From the NCBI RefSeq assembly GCF_006345805.1, contig NC_043002.1, positions 87,606,001 through 87,670,000 of the forward strand: 64,000 nucleotides of DNA. Reading direction: 5' to 3'. The notes under the pieces are model-generated. The model was not told the origin of the DNA. It searched no databases and saw nothing but the letters and a program-made list of their open reading frames with translations. Source of the DNA: Octopus sinensis. Its lineage: Eukaryota. This document shows positions 49,419 to 63,089 of this stretch, piece by piece. Position numbers and translations under genes: made by a program. Within the stretch, counting starts at the first letter, position 1, and each line of letters begins with the position of its first letter.

Positions 49419-51887
49419 ATAGTATAAGTAGGGTGGATGATATATTACAAACCTGGTTTGACTAAGTAACAACTTTTGCAGGATATTTATAGTTGCAACC
49501 TGTTTTCAGTTTTGAGTCAACCAAACGGAGTGTAGTAGAATCTTTGACTATTGGTTAAGAATAAATAATACTACTTTTAAACAAGTTACTTCTAAAATGA
49601 GTTACATGTTTAAAACTCAATACCACCTGGACCAGATCAAATATAAGCACATCTGAAACGAATATACATCCAAACAAATACATGCTGTAAAAATTAGTTA
49701 CTTTGACAATTGTTTGTCACTGTATGACAACAATTTTCTTTCCGGAATTCCATAACGAATCGTTTTGATATTAAGCAAAATAAAATTAAGCAGATTAAGT
49801 TTATTTATTCGTTTCTTTATTATCATTATTGTTGTTGCTGTTATCATCATCATCATTATCATCATCATCATCATCATTATCATCATCATCATCATCATCT
49901 TCATCATCATCATCATAATCAGCATCATCATTATTACTTTTTTGGTAAGCAAATAGAAAATGTAATTTCAAATTGTTATTCATTTGTAATGTGAAGAAAG
50001 TAATTTTTTTTTTCTTTTTTGATAAAACATAATATGTCGGACAATACGCTTTTGACGTCAATTACAACAGGGATATTGGAAAAGAGAAAAGCATTATGGG
50101 AAACCGAGAGTAAAAGAAAATGGCACTCATTTCGTCGGTGATTTTGTCATCTAAAGTAAACAAACATGATATTTAGTTTAAATGAATATAAATAAAGTTC
50201 TCTCGGATTGAATAATACAAATAAACATTTACCTCTCAGTACAAAACGAAAAGAAAAGTGGAACTGAATAATAAATACTGTGGAGTTGAGGAATTGTAAA
50301 CAATATTCCTGCGAATGACACAGCTATACATTTAATGGGATTGCGCTCGTTTCAAGAATGTGATAAATGACTGATGATGTATATATTTCAACAACAACTA
50401 AGAGGATGAGAAGAAAAAGAATGAGAAGAAGAAGAAGAAGAAGAAGAAGAAGACGACGACGACGACCACGACCCTTTCTTTATTGGCTCCCATGGAGCTC
50501 ACATAGACAAACAAACTGGTCAGTGTGTACATATGTAACCCTACATCGGAAGAACAAAACTGTGACTCAATACGAAAAACATTTAAAAATTTATAATAGT
50601 AGTTGTAAGCAAACAAACCATCAAGTCGAGCATTTGGAACATTTAAGGAAACTTAAACCACGACTACGATGCATTCCCAAGAGTTACCCTTTATCGACTG
50701 CACTTTCCAGGCAGAATTCAGTAATTCATCTTTTCTCAGAGAGAGAGAGAGAGAGAGAGAGATGGGAGGGGGTTCCGTCCTTGCAGCCGTATTTCATTAA
50801 AATGGAAAAATTTCATCTACATCTACATCCTCGCTCTCCACTTCAAGTTACACCTGAAGAAATTAATGAGAGATTGACCGCGGAAAATATCAACATTTTC
50901 AAACTCACTCATCATATAAACATTTTCGTAATAGCCACCAGTCATAGGGAACATAACTTCTTTCTTTTGCTAGATAAGGTGGTAGCGCGATACATAAAGA
51001 GGATTCGGTCGATAGCCGGATCTGTTCGAGATTGGTTTGACATGGTCTTCCCTCTTTGGTGAATACCGTCTTCTACCTTGTTATTTCTGCCATCAAGTCG
51101 GACTTGTCTCTTCACACAAAACGAAAGTTGAAGGAGAGAATTCATTGTGTTTGATTGTTGGTGTTGCTGGTGTTGTTGCTGTTGGTCTTGCTCTTTCTCT
51201 TGATTTCGTTCTTTCTTTTGGGGCTTCGGTTATGGTTTTTGTTTTTTCTTGTATGGTTTCTGGTTCGGGTGGCGAGACGATGGTCATTGTGGTAGTGATT
51301 GTAAGCTGTGGCTTATTGATAGGCACTCTTATATCCTGATGAATCTTCTAGCTTTCTGTTTGGAACCACATTCTCCGGTTTTCTGTACTGTTTTCATCAA
51401 TACAGTCTCCTGCGATGGACTTCTCTCGACTTTCTCAACCGGCAAGGCGTGGGTTTCTGAGGAAGGTTGTTCGTCTGGACAATCAAATTACAGGTTATGT
51501 CAATCCATGCTGATAGAAATCAAAACAATTTGACTGGATGTTGTCAAAGATGGCCAAGAGGGCCTCCTCCTGACTGAAGTATCAGTTCCAATAGGTGAAA
51601 ATATGTCTCCGAAGGAGAGGAGAGATTATCGAAATTTTAAGTCTTGGAAACAGGAATAACTAGAATGTGGGAATTTAGAACAGAAAGAAAGAATTCCAAT
51701 TCTACTAGTTGTCTTTGGGATGATTAAAAATTATACAGGTATAATACACACGCACGCTTATATACACATATGGATATCAATATACACATACATATATGCA
51801 CTCACACACGCACACACACTTCCACGCATACACACACATGTAAATGTAGATATGCATATGTGTGCGTGCGTATGTGTGTGTGTGCAC

Positions 51888-52330
51888 TAAAGTGAAGCCC
51901 ATAATGGGTTACGGCTTCTATATCAGGGATGGTGATGCTGTAAATACAGACATCCTAGACATCATCCAGAAAAGAGCAACCGCATTGATTTTCAGCCCCT
52001 ATATTCAAAGGCCAACTCTCTCTTGATTTTGCCCTTTCTACTGCTACTCGAATCGCATCTGCCCCTTGGAGCTCACGGAGTACATGACATTTCCATCAGT
52101 TATTCTCGACCCACTCGTCTCTCCTTGTGTGCAATGCCACAGATCCCGCAAAATTCAATACATCCTATCCTTACTTCCCAGAACCTCGACCTTCTGGAAT
52201 TCGAGTCTCAGTTCAGTCTTCCCACCCACAGGGGTTGTCTTTTTAAGAGGTTCAAACGAAACATGAATGACCTCAATTTCACAATTCAAGGAGGTGATGG
52301 AGCATGAGAATGCATTGAGGACATCCCTTT
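51888..52330 (+). mobile_element. CR1-group LINE 3' remnant
   Basis: Manual translation VKPIMGYG..LDIIQKRA..SLLPRTSTFWNSSLSSVFP. Confidence 0.6.
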
Positions 52331-52720
52331 CCTCCAGACCCTGTAAAAATAAATCATCTATTTGTTCATATTTTCGTGTAATACGCAATTTCTTTCATAC
52401 ATACCTACGTCAGACGTGGTTCAAACCTGTATAATTGTGTGCTGGTTAATCGGATTATTCCTTCGCAACAAAACGTTTAGTGTGTTTGAAATTAGCGAAC
52501 TTTATTGATTGGCTTTTATCGATTCTGTGATTTGTTTCTAAGTGTCATTAATAAAATGAGTTATTGTGTTGATTCAGTTGGTTTTTTAATGTTCCTTCTT
52601 TAGCCTTATTTATCAGGTCGAGGTGTTGTTAGAAAATTCCTAATCGTGGTATATCATCCTTCACGCGGGGCATTTGCCTTTCATAACTAAGGGCTTTATG
52701 TTATAGCTATTACATTTTAC

Positions 52721-53119
52721 AGTTTTATATTTAAGAGATGAGGAATTACATATGGCGTAGTGGTTAAGAGCGCGGGCTACTAACCTCAAGATTCCGAGTT
52801 CATTTCCAGGAAGTGACCTGAACAATAGTAACAACAACAACAACAACAAGCAGGAGAAGAAGAAGAAGAAGAAGAAGAAGAAGAATGATAATTTCTACTA
52901 AAGACACAAGGCCTGGAATTCGTGGGGAGGGGATAGTGATAATAATAATAGTAATAATGATAATAATAACAACAAAAGTATCGAAAAATACCTTGGGAAT
53001 GAGAACCAGGTTCGAAATTTCTCCAAGACACTTGATGAAGGCTAGAGGGTATATCAGCTGAAACGTTGTGTTATCAACAAACAAAATGAGGACAAATATC
53101 CGTCAAATGAAAATAATGT
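52721..53119 (+). mobile_element. tRNA-headed element (family C) with inverted 5' tail piece and hammerhead motif at 53027-53072
   Basis: Head at 52749. GACAC-TTGATGA-A-GGCTA..CAGCT-GAAAC-GTT-GTGTT. Segment 52721-52748 is the reverse complement of the family tail. Confidence 0.8.
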
Positions 53120-53249
53120 GTTGCATTTTAGTTTCCATCGTTAATGCTGACACAGAATAACTGCACTTCAGTTCTCCAAGAACGTAAATATGTCGCTGGT
53201 ACGTCAGAAAATCCCTTTATTAACCGCCATATAGCAAACTCCCTTTTGA

Positions 53250-53500
53250 GATGACTCACTACAAAGTAGTATCAACACTTGTAGCCTGACGAAAAGAACA
53301 TGTTACTGACGTCATGCTCTACCTAGGGGATAACCATCATCCAATCCTTGCACCAGCTGCAGGACTAAAGTAGATCCACCAGCAGATGTCTGTCAAATAA
53401 AACGGATGTTATTGACCACACGGCCAATCACCTGTTCAGTCAATTTACAACAGTGTAACCCAATCAAAAATGCTCATTTGACTTAAATAGCCTAATCCCA
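53250..53500. promoter_or_regulatory. Candidate cis-regulatory module
   Basis: TGACTCA 53252, TGACGTCA 53307, CCAAT at 53341/53424/53460, E-boxes at 53354/53429, TAATCC 53493, in apparently non-repetitive sequence. Motif inspection only. Confidence 0.25.
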
Positions 53501-53723
53501 TTTTGTTTCTTTCTCTCAGTCTGGAAGAATGAAATAGAATAAGGATAAGATACGGCTAATTAATTTCAACCGTACATAAAACTTAACAATGAGGAAATAG
53601 GACTATTTACTAACACAATTATATTAGTGTAGGAGAGTGCGTATATATAAGAGTATGTGTATATATGTGTTTGTGTATATATACCGGCGTCTATATAAGA
53701 GTGCTTGTCTGTGCGTATGTCCC

Positions 53724-53760
<37 letters not shown>

Positions 53761-54421
53761 TGTGTGTGTCTGTGCTTGTGTGTGAAGTATCTACCTAGCT
53801 ATCTAGAATAAGTCTTTGGCAAGTACTAATGCGATCCAAGTTATTAAAAAAATGTCTCCTACGCGAATATACTTTTACCTCTTAGGCGGAGAAGGAAGAT
53901 CAGACATTGGAAAGTGGAATATATGGCTTACTGTTTATCGATAATTAATACACAATTTTGTTGCTGATTCATAGTTACAGACTTAAGAATGCAGTTATCT
54001 GTCTGGAGAAATGAATAAATGGAGTTGATTGCAACCTACACGTAGTTAAAATATCAACAGAGAATAACAAATAGGATAAAGTCGGATTAAGTTGAGCACT
54101 CATTTCTTCAAATCAAATCTTATCTATGAGATAGTGACTGCTAACGATATTTTGAATTGAGAGACATTTGCATAATGCATCGTAAACCAATGGGTTAATG
54201 ATATCTCAAGTCGTATACATATTTCTCTTGTTCTAAAATGTTCCTTTTGCGTAAGCCCTTTTCAAGATAACAGTATGTTAGTATGAAAATCTGAGCATCG
54301 CGGTTTCTCTTGTCAGATGCTATAAATCAGTCAAGACGTGGATACTACACGGTCATATAAATTTTCACAAAAAGCTATGACACCACGTATATTATATACC
54401 ATATATCATAAATTAGTTAAT

Positions 54422-54537
<116 letters not shown>

Positions 54538-54557
54538 ATATATACATGCACACATAA

Positions 54558-54782
54558 GGCGGCGAGCTGGCAGAAACGTTAGCGCGCCGGGCGAAATGCT
54601 CAGCGGTATTTCGTCTGCTGCTACGTTCTCAGTTCAAATTCCGCCGAGGCCGACTTTGCCTTTCATCTTTCGGGGTCGATTAAATAAGTACCAGTTACGC
54701 ACTGGGGTCGATGTAATCAACTTAATCCGTTTGTCTGTCCTTGTTTCTGCCCTCTATGTTTAGCCCCTTGTTGGCAATAAAG

Positions 54783-54786
<4 letters not shown>
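54558..54786 (+). mobile_element. SINE family A monomer, tail A
   Basis: Clean full-length copy with uninterrupted target site CAGC-GGTATTTCGTCTG. Confidence 0.92.
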
Positions 54787-54829
<43 letters not shown>

Positions 54830-54899
54830 GGAGTAAACACATAAATGTGAAACAAGGTGGAAAAAAAGAGTACTCAAATACCAGTGGTAGAGTAATATG

Positions 54900-55044
54900 C
54901 TTTATTTAAAGCAGCAGAAAATTCTACAAAACCTGTTACTCTGAGTTTCGCGTTGCCGTTCATCGGACAGTTTTTGCTAGATGAACGGCAACGTGAAACT
55001 CAGAGTAACAGGTTTGGTAGAATTTTCTGCTGCTTTAAATAAAG
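54900..55044. repeat. 65-bp inverted repeat (2 mismatches, 15-nt spacer) containing a hammerhead-like motif
   Basis: Arms 54900-54964 and 54980-55044. Minus strand 54933-54970 reads CTGT-CCGATGA-ACG-GCAA-CGC-GAAAC-TCAGA-GTA-ACAG. Confidence 0.85.
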
Positions 55045-55499
55045 TATATATATATATATATATGTATGTATATATGCATGTGTGGGTGAACACACATACT
55101 CACACACGCACAAATATTGCAAATGCGATCATTATCAATAGAAATATGCTCTTACATATATTATTGTTTCAACAAACCTTATATGTGGATGCAACACAAA
55201 ATACCTTATGTAAAAGCGAGTATTCAAATATGGACGCAGTTTTTCTTTTGTATATATTCAAAATAGATGCAAACTATAGAGTCTGATTTTTAAATATTTT
55301 TAAGCACAAAGATGTAAATCTCAAACAATTAACAGGCCAATGCCGTTCTTACTTCGAAGTCCTCTTTCTATTTCTATATTAGTTTGAAATAAGTCTGAAT
55401 ATATCTATTCTTATATTAAACTCATTAAACTAAGGAAATTTATCACACTGTACATGCATGGAAATACATGTTACATACATTAAAATATATTTGTATAAA

Positions 55500-55881
55500 T
55501 CTATTATATAAAATCCGTTCCGTCTGTCTGTGTGTGTGTCTTCTAGAATCTTGAGCATCCGCCATCCGATTGCGCTCAAATTTGATATGTAGATACCGAC
55601 GGTATCAGGGCGTGTATAAGTCTGGAAAAAATTACAAAAATCAATTCCAGGTGAAAATGCGATCGATAAAGCCGTGGGAACGTGCATTTGTAAAATCGTT
55701 TTTCTTGAAATAGAAAAAAGTCTATCTTTATTTCTTCTTTTGCTGGTGCCTCAAATTTAGGTTAAATCAGTGTTTCTCAAAGAGGAGGCCTACGGGACGG
55801 TCGGACAAGTTGTTTTGATAAAATTTTGTTTAAACGTTTGACAACTTAGCACCGTCCATTGGACGGGGGGCGTTTTGCTCG
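55500..55881 (+). mobile_element. Non-autonomous Helitron-like element
   Basis: 5' A|TCTATTATATAAAA..CTGTCTG. 3' hairpin CCGTCC-ATT-GGACGG, then CTCG|T (CTAG-like). Confidence 0.55.
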
Positions 55882-56432
55882 TATTATTATACTTTACAAA
55901 AATGCTGAGTTATTTCCTGTGTATTACTCATATTTTACTGTGCAAAGTTGTGGCGATGGTCTGATTAGAAGTTTTGTGTACAAAGTGCTTAAAGGTATCA
56001 ATCTAATACGTTACTGGACCCATTCGATCTGAAATCTCTATAAAAACAACAGTAATTTATATCCGTCTGGCACCAATAAAATATTATTAGAATACTATAA
56101 TCGATTGCAATGATAAGTCCAGTCCTTTATGAAAGCGAACCATAACTCAATGAATTATAAATATGAGAAAAAATATCATCCTAAAGACTCGAAAGCAAGA
56201 GAGGAAAAAATGAAGTTCAGACTGAATAAAAGTGAATAAGTGTAACCATGTCAAAGACAAGAAGAATTATGAAAATTTAAAATGTTGGTATTTATATCAA
56301 CGAGCGTACACACATACACACATATATATATATATAGGTGGATCAAGAATACATGCATACAAAGATAAATACATCCATACATACACACATATATACTTAC
56401 GTACTTATGTATATGCTTGCATATATTCATAT

Positions 56433-56475
<43 letters not shown>

Positions 56476-56646
56476 CACACATATATACATATATATTCAT
56501 ATACATACATACACACACACACATATATATGCGTGTGTACTGATATGTACAGTATATATGCATATAAATGTGTGAATATATATATATATATATGCATATA
56601 AATGTGTGAATATATATATATATATATATATATATAGATAGATAGT

Positions 56647-56695
<49 letters not shown>

Positions 56696-56699
56696 TCCC

Positions 56700-57338
56700 A
56701 CACCATTCTCCTTCTCTTCTCCACTTTTGCCCGATCTCACCCTGAATACTGCTGTCCACTGTGGTCTCCCTACACGAAACGGAATATTATGAAAGTTGAA
56801 GCTCCCCAAAGATCAATCACGAAATAGATAGATGGCATGTCAGACCTTGATTACTGGGGTCGACTGGAAAAGCTGAAACTGTATTCACTCCAACGACGCC
56901 GTGAACGCTAAATTATCTGTATGATGTGGAAAATATTCCATCAGCACTGTCCAAATGATGTTGGTATCACCTTCAAAATACATCCAAGTCTTGGACCCCG
57001 TGCCATCCGTCCACAACAAAAATCTAAATCGCATCTCATAACAACAATACGGCACAATTATTTCACCTCAATTGGACCCGCTCTCTTCAACATCACACGA
57101 GGACACGTCAAAACAGAAACTGACCACACAAAATTCAAGAAGTCTTTGGACAAATTCCTTCAAACAGTTCCGGACAAATCACCCACACCCGGATATGTCT
57201 CCTCAAACAGTAACTCTCTGCTCGAATGGGCCTTGGTGCCCAAATCCTGAATTGAAAGACTTCGCCAGGTGGTGCTATTAAGTTAGACATGGCCTGGGCC
57301 AATACTAGCCAAAACCTTTCTAAGTTATTCTAAGTTAT
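56700..57338 (+). mobile_element. CR1-clade LINE 3' fragment
   Basis: RSHPEYCCPLWSP..YWGRLEKLKLYSLQRRRER..FKKSLDKFL. Tail with repeated TTCTAAGTTA. Confidence 0.85.
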
Positions 57339-57492
57339 ATATATATACAATTGCAGCGTGGAAGGTGTTTATAAGCCGTTTAAGAAACACACAAAACCGT
57401 TAGATTCACTTCAACATTTAAATTTAATTTGTCAAACTATTTTCGTCGCTTTGAGACCGCGACCTGTTCACTGAAAAAGCTTCGTGCTGCAT

Positions 57493-57553
<61 letters not shown>

Positions 57554-59072
57554 CATATAAACATGTGTGCATATATGTTTACCACCCAAGAAACCAGGCT
57601 TAGTCTCTTCGGCTATCTTATGTGCTGTTTCTATCTACCAAATATCATTGACAAGGTATTAGCCAACCCATAGTTACAGCAAAAGAAAATTTCGCAAAGA
57701 TTAAAATGTAAACCGCACAGTTGTTAAGCGAGCTTATTAATCCACGCTGCTATAGCCGCGCCAAATAAAAATTGATCTTTAGAAAATCGAAGAGATTGTA
57801 TACAAACAGTCCTGGGAGATAAAACCTGTTAAAAAATGATAGAATGAGGGTACCAAAGTTTAACTCAAATGTTGACCTTATTGTTGCAAAATCTATGTCT
57901 ACCTAAAGTGTATGGGATATTCACTATATCTTTGATATATTCAATAAAGAAAAGATGAGTGACTTTCAAAACAATATGAGCAGAAAGTTATCGATCAATG
58001 GTATACTTTATACGCAAACGTAAATCATTGGAAATCGTTCTACCGATACCAACCAGGATGAAAGATAAATTTGACCACAGAAAAAGATAATTCAGAATTG
58101 TAAACGAGCCAGCTATATTGCACAAAGAATCGAGATCGTTTCTCTCTCCATCGTATGTGCTTTACTCATCCAGATAAAACATCAATGATAATACTATTAA
58201 TTTCTAACGAAATCATTTATATTCCAGAAAATGAAATTATATCTGCAACGTTATTATACAATCGGCATTAGAAAACGAATTAATAACAATATTTGGACAA
58301 ATAGTAATTGATATGAAACTATAAATACGTATAAATCTAATTGTAGAAATTCACGAACATTCATACAGAAAGTCAGACAAAGTAATAGTTATAGTCAACG
58401 ATAAATTATTTGGTCGCATTGTTTTAATGAAAAAAAATAAGAGTAAAAGAAACATTACCAGATAATTATGTATTTAGTTTCGCGACACATAAAATAATTA
58501 TATTCTGATATTTTGATGTGAAAAAGAAAATCAACAAAGCATGCAAAAAGAAATAAATACGAAAGTAAATAAAGCTATCTCTATCACCTTGCTGGTAATA
58601 TGTTATGAACGAAATATTTCACACTTTATAATGGAGTAATTGATGATAATGAAGCCTGTAAGAAATACGTTATCATCATCTAGTCGTAACATGATTCCAT
58701 TTGTATAAATAAATTTGCATCTAAATATTTACACTATCTTTACCACTGGTAGGTTATTCTATACAATACTAAGGAAAGATAATGATATCTGCAGACTCAT
58801 AACGTCTTTTTTTTTTATTTCCATCTGAATGCAAAATACAAAATAAGAGGTTAATTACAAGAAATTCTTTTGACGTGTTTCTCAAATGTTTCACGATGAG
58901 ACATGACAAATGCATGACTTACGTAAAGACACCGATTATCAATGCAATAATGGTATACTTACATTTTGGTCTCCGTAAGAAGTAATACAGACACACACAC
59001 ATGCACACATACATACATACGTACATATATACATACACACACACACACTCACACACATATATATATATACAG

Positions 59073-59392
59073 TGGAGGTGCAGAGGACTCGCGGTCGCAG
59101 GATCGCGGTTTCGATTCCCAGACAGGGCGTTGTAAGTGTTTATTGAGCGAAAAGGTTCCCCGAGGCTCCGGCTGGGTGTGGTGGCGAACTCTACTGTACA
59201 CTTTCACCACAACTTTTTCTCACTCTTTCTTCCTGTTCCCGTTGTACCTGTATTTCAAAGGGCCAGCCTTGTCAGATTCTGTGTCACGCTGAATCTCCGC
59301 GAGAACTACATTAAGGGTACATGTATCCGTGGAGTGCTCAGCCACTTGTACATTAATTTCACGAGCAGGCTGTTCACGGAATGCCACGATAT
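59073..59392 (+). mobile_element. SINE family B with a third tail type
   Basis: Head/core match. Tail CCTGTATTTCAAAGGGCCAGCC... Confidence 0.75.
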
Positions 59393-59404
59393 ATATATAT
59401 ATAT

Positions 59405-59550
59405 ATTTTTTTATTCTCTCTCTGTTCATTTCCTCATGCTCCTTTCTGTTGAAGAGCGCAGGCTCGAAACGTAAAAGACTTTATCACCTTCCCGAGGGTC
59501 AGACTAATACACGTACATGTTGTCTTCGTCTTTTGTAAATTTCAACTATA
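59405..59550 (+). mobile_element. Short repeat with hammerhead-like motif at 59442-59477
   Basis: CTTT-CTGTTGA-A-GAGC-GCAG-GCTC-GAAAC-GTA-AAAG. Confidence 0.75.
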
Positions 59551-60018
59551 TATGTGTGTGTGTGTGTAATATACATACACACACACGCACACACACACAC
59601 ATATACTATTGTAATCTATATAGGATTTTATCAAGTAGCTAGCATGTAATAAAGCATTTACGTAAGAATTAATACAAAGTATTTAATTTTATAAATATAA
59701 TTATAATAACGGAAACTACTCAGTAGCGTCACATGCAAAAAGTAGGCGCTAAATAGCTTTAAAACTATTATATTTATCACACAGCCACGGGCCGAAAGCG
59801 AGGGAAATGAACAGAAAGTATTTTTTAAAAAAGGTTTAGCTATGGATCGATTTCTAGTTTAGGAATGTAATACCCTCTACCGCCTTCAGTATGACAAAAC
59901 TCAAAGTACATAATTTATACATTCCATACAAACACAACATGATAAATAAGGTAGTTTTTGAGCCATTTGCGTCTACTTCTAGCATGTGGCTCTACTCAGT
60001 AGTTGTCCTCATTATAAC

Positions 60019-60050
<32 letters not shown>

Positions 60051-60079
60051 AACACACACACACACACACATATATATAG

Positions 60080-60168
<89 letters not shown>

Positions 60169-60330
60169 TTAGCCTCCTTCGAAGTTTTGACCAGTTAAGC
60201 TATCGTCCTCTCAACAGTTTAACAGGCCGAAACTTCGAATTCACCTTGAGCAACATTCTTGCACAGGAATAATAAATTTGTACTCTACAAAATTATAGAG
60301 TATCGCATTAATTCAATGTAAAATTGTTTT

Positions 60331-61680
60331 TATTACATTGGTAAGAAAGTTCTTGGTCAACCAAGCCGCCTTCAATTCCGCAACCAATCAGCGACGCCGA
60401 TCAATCAGGAGCAGCCAACATGTCCATTTTGACTATATAAAGACTGACAATCACCCTATTTGCTCATTAGCTTTTTAGCTGTGTGTGTCAGTTGTTGTAT
60501 TTGCGAAATACATCCCTTTTTGCGCAAAATAACTCATAATATTACACCTCCAAAGCTGGCGTTGCGTCTACTTCTAGCATGTGGCTCTACTCAGTAGTTG
60601 TCCTCATTATAATTATACTGTATCACTTCAAACATGTCACATCTGTGCGTGACGCAGCTGAGCAAATCTGCGAAGCGTTTGGTCCTTGCACTGTCTCGAA
60701 AAGTACTTGCGGTAATTGGTATCAGCGCTTGGAATCTGACAATTATTCACTGGAAAATCAACGTCGTGGCGGACGCCCAGAAGAGATTGATGATGATGCA
60801 TTATAGCAAGTCATTGAAGCCGATCCAATGCAAAAAGCACGTCAACTTGCGGTACAGTTTGGCGTCTTCCATATCACGATCATCAACCACCTGCAATCGT
60901 CTCGGCAAGGTCAGCAAGCTTGGAAAATGGTTGCCACATGAATTGGCTGAAGCGAATAAACAAGCACGTGTCACTGCATGTCAAAGTCTGTTCTGGCGAA
61001 ACCGAAGATTCGATTGGTTGGAGTCAGTAATCACTATGGATGAAAAGTGGGTACTGTACTCCAACGGGAGGCGCAGACGAACCTGGTGTAGTAAAGGTCA
61101 ACAGCCAAAACCTTCGACAAAAGAACCGCTTGTGCAAAAGAAGGTTATGATCTCAGTTTGGTGGGATTGCCGTGGTGTGATCATGCTGGAATTTTTCCCA
61201 CGCAATACTACAGTTGACAAGGGTGTCCACTGCGAACAAATCGACCGTCTAAAAATCGCGCTGGCCGAAAAGCGCTCAAATTTGAAGAAGGTAATTTACC
61301 CCCAAGACAGCGCGTCAGCACACCATGCAAAGAAGACGTCAGAGAAGCTGATGTAGGTGGGCTGGGACATTATGGTGCACCCACCGTATTCTCCTGACCT
61401 TTACCCTTCTGACTACCGCTTATTCGCTGCCTTGCAACGCGCGATTCGCAATACAGATTTCGAAAATGAAGAGGTGAAATCGTTACTTTACGACTTTATT
61501 GATTCCAAACCACGCGATTTCTGCATAAAAGGATTCAAAACTTTGCCTGAAAGATGGCAAAAAGCTGATCGATAACGAGGGTGATTAGCTTTTGGATTGA
61601 TTGTTCTTTGTTGTTGTTTTTTTAATTGTTAATGAAGTGATATATTAAAAGTGTCAAGAACGTTCTTACCAAACTGATAG
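60331..61680 (+). mobile_element. Near full-length mariner (DD34D-type) with inactivated transposase
   Basis: TIRs share TTGGTAAGAA(A/C)GTTCTTG. ITMDEKW, QDSASAH, HPPYSPDLYPSDY. Stop and frameshift lesions near 60806, 60890 and 61356. Confidence 0.93.
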
Positions 61681-61716
61681 TATACTTGATCGTAAAAACA
61701 AACATCAATGTGTATG

Positions 61717-61814
<98 letters not shown>

Positions 61815-61905
61815 CATATTACATGTGTGTATGTGTGTATGTAAGTATATGTATATATACATAGACATATATATATAGACATATATATATATATATATAT
61901 ATGTG

Positions 61906-61964
<59 letters not shown>

Positions 61965-62641
61965 ATGTATGTATATGTATATTTGTATGTATGTTGTATA
62001 TATGTATTTGTGTAGACGTATATATGTGTATATATATATATATATAGATATTTATACATACATATTACATGTGTGTGTGTGTGTTTGTGTGTGTGAATGT
62101 GTGTAAGTGATGTAGTTTTGGTTTTCGATTCTTTTCAGTAATGTAAATTGTAATGTTACTTCTAAATATATATTTTGAGCAAGTTCTCTATCATTAGATT
62201 ATGGCGCTGTATTAACTAAGTTACGGTAATATATTATCATTGCCAACGTTGCAGACATTTATACGGCTAAATTAGAATCAGTTATCAACATTAAGCATAA
62301 AAATTAAAAGGAACACATATAAAGACATATAGCGAGTAAGTTACAGTAATGCTCGAAGCAATATAGTCTGTATTACTGTATTCTAATACAGTATACACTC
62401 GTGCAAAATACACCTTTGAGCAATTACTCGGAAATGTAAAATCAACTTTATAGCTGTATATAAACTAAATATGTTCATAACATGATTATGCGGTTAAGAA
62501 CATCACTTCTCAACCATTTGCTTCCAAAGTTCGATTTCTCCGTGTAGCTCCTTCAGCAAGTGATTCTGTTCTAGTTTTTGATTCCTTGAAACATTGCAAA
62601 TAGAATTCGGTACACTAAAACTGTGGTAAACATCGTCGAGT

Positions 62642-62701
<60 letters not shown>

Positions 62702-62734
62702 ACACTCACACACACACTCATACATATATATACG

Positions 62735-62987
62735 TGGAGGCGCAATGGCCTAGTGGTTAGGGCAGCGGACTCGCGGTCGCAGGATCGCGGTTTCGATTCC
62801 CAGACCGAGGCTCCGACAGGGGGTGGTGATCCCTGCTGTACTCTTTCACCACTCTCTCTCCCACTCTTTCTTCTGTTGGCCTGCTCGCTTAGCCAGCGGG
62901 GTGGCGTCATTCGTAGGCTAAAACAATGCGAAGGCATTGTGACCAGCGATGTGTAACAACATCTGATGGTCTGGTCGGTCACGTGAT
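62735..62987 (+). mobile_element. SINE family B
   Basis: Intact A/B boxes, internal deletion. Confidence 0.9.
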
Positions 62988-63089
62988 ATATATATATATA
63001 CATATATACATACATACATACATACATATAAATGTGTGTCTGTGTGTGTGTATGTAAGATAGTGACATATGGCATAATTATAAAGTTTG

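Noticed and set aside
50367-51560. 231-aa ORF and neighbouring ORFs
   Set aside because: The N-terminus is microsatellite-derived. The rest may be a decayed retroelement ORF1, but no diagnostic motif is intact.
57425-57480. GTCGC/GCGAC hairpin followed by GAAA on the minus strand
   Set aside because: No recognisable CTGANGA core.
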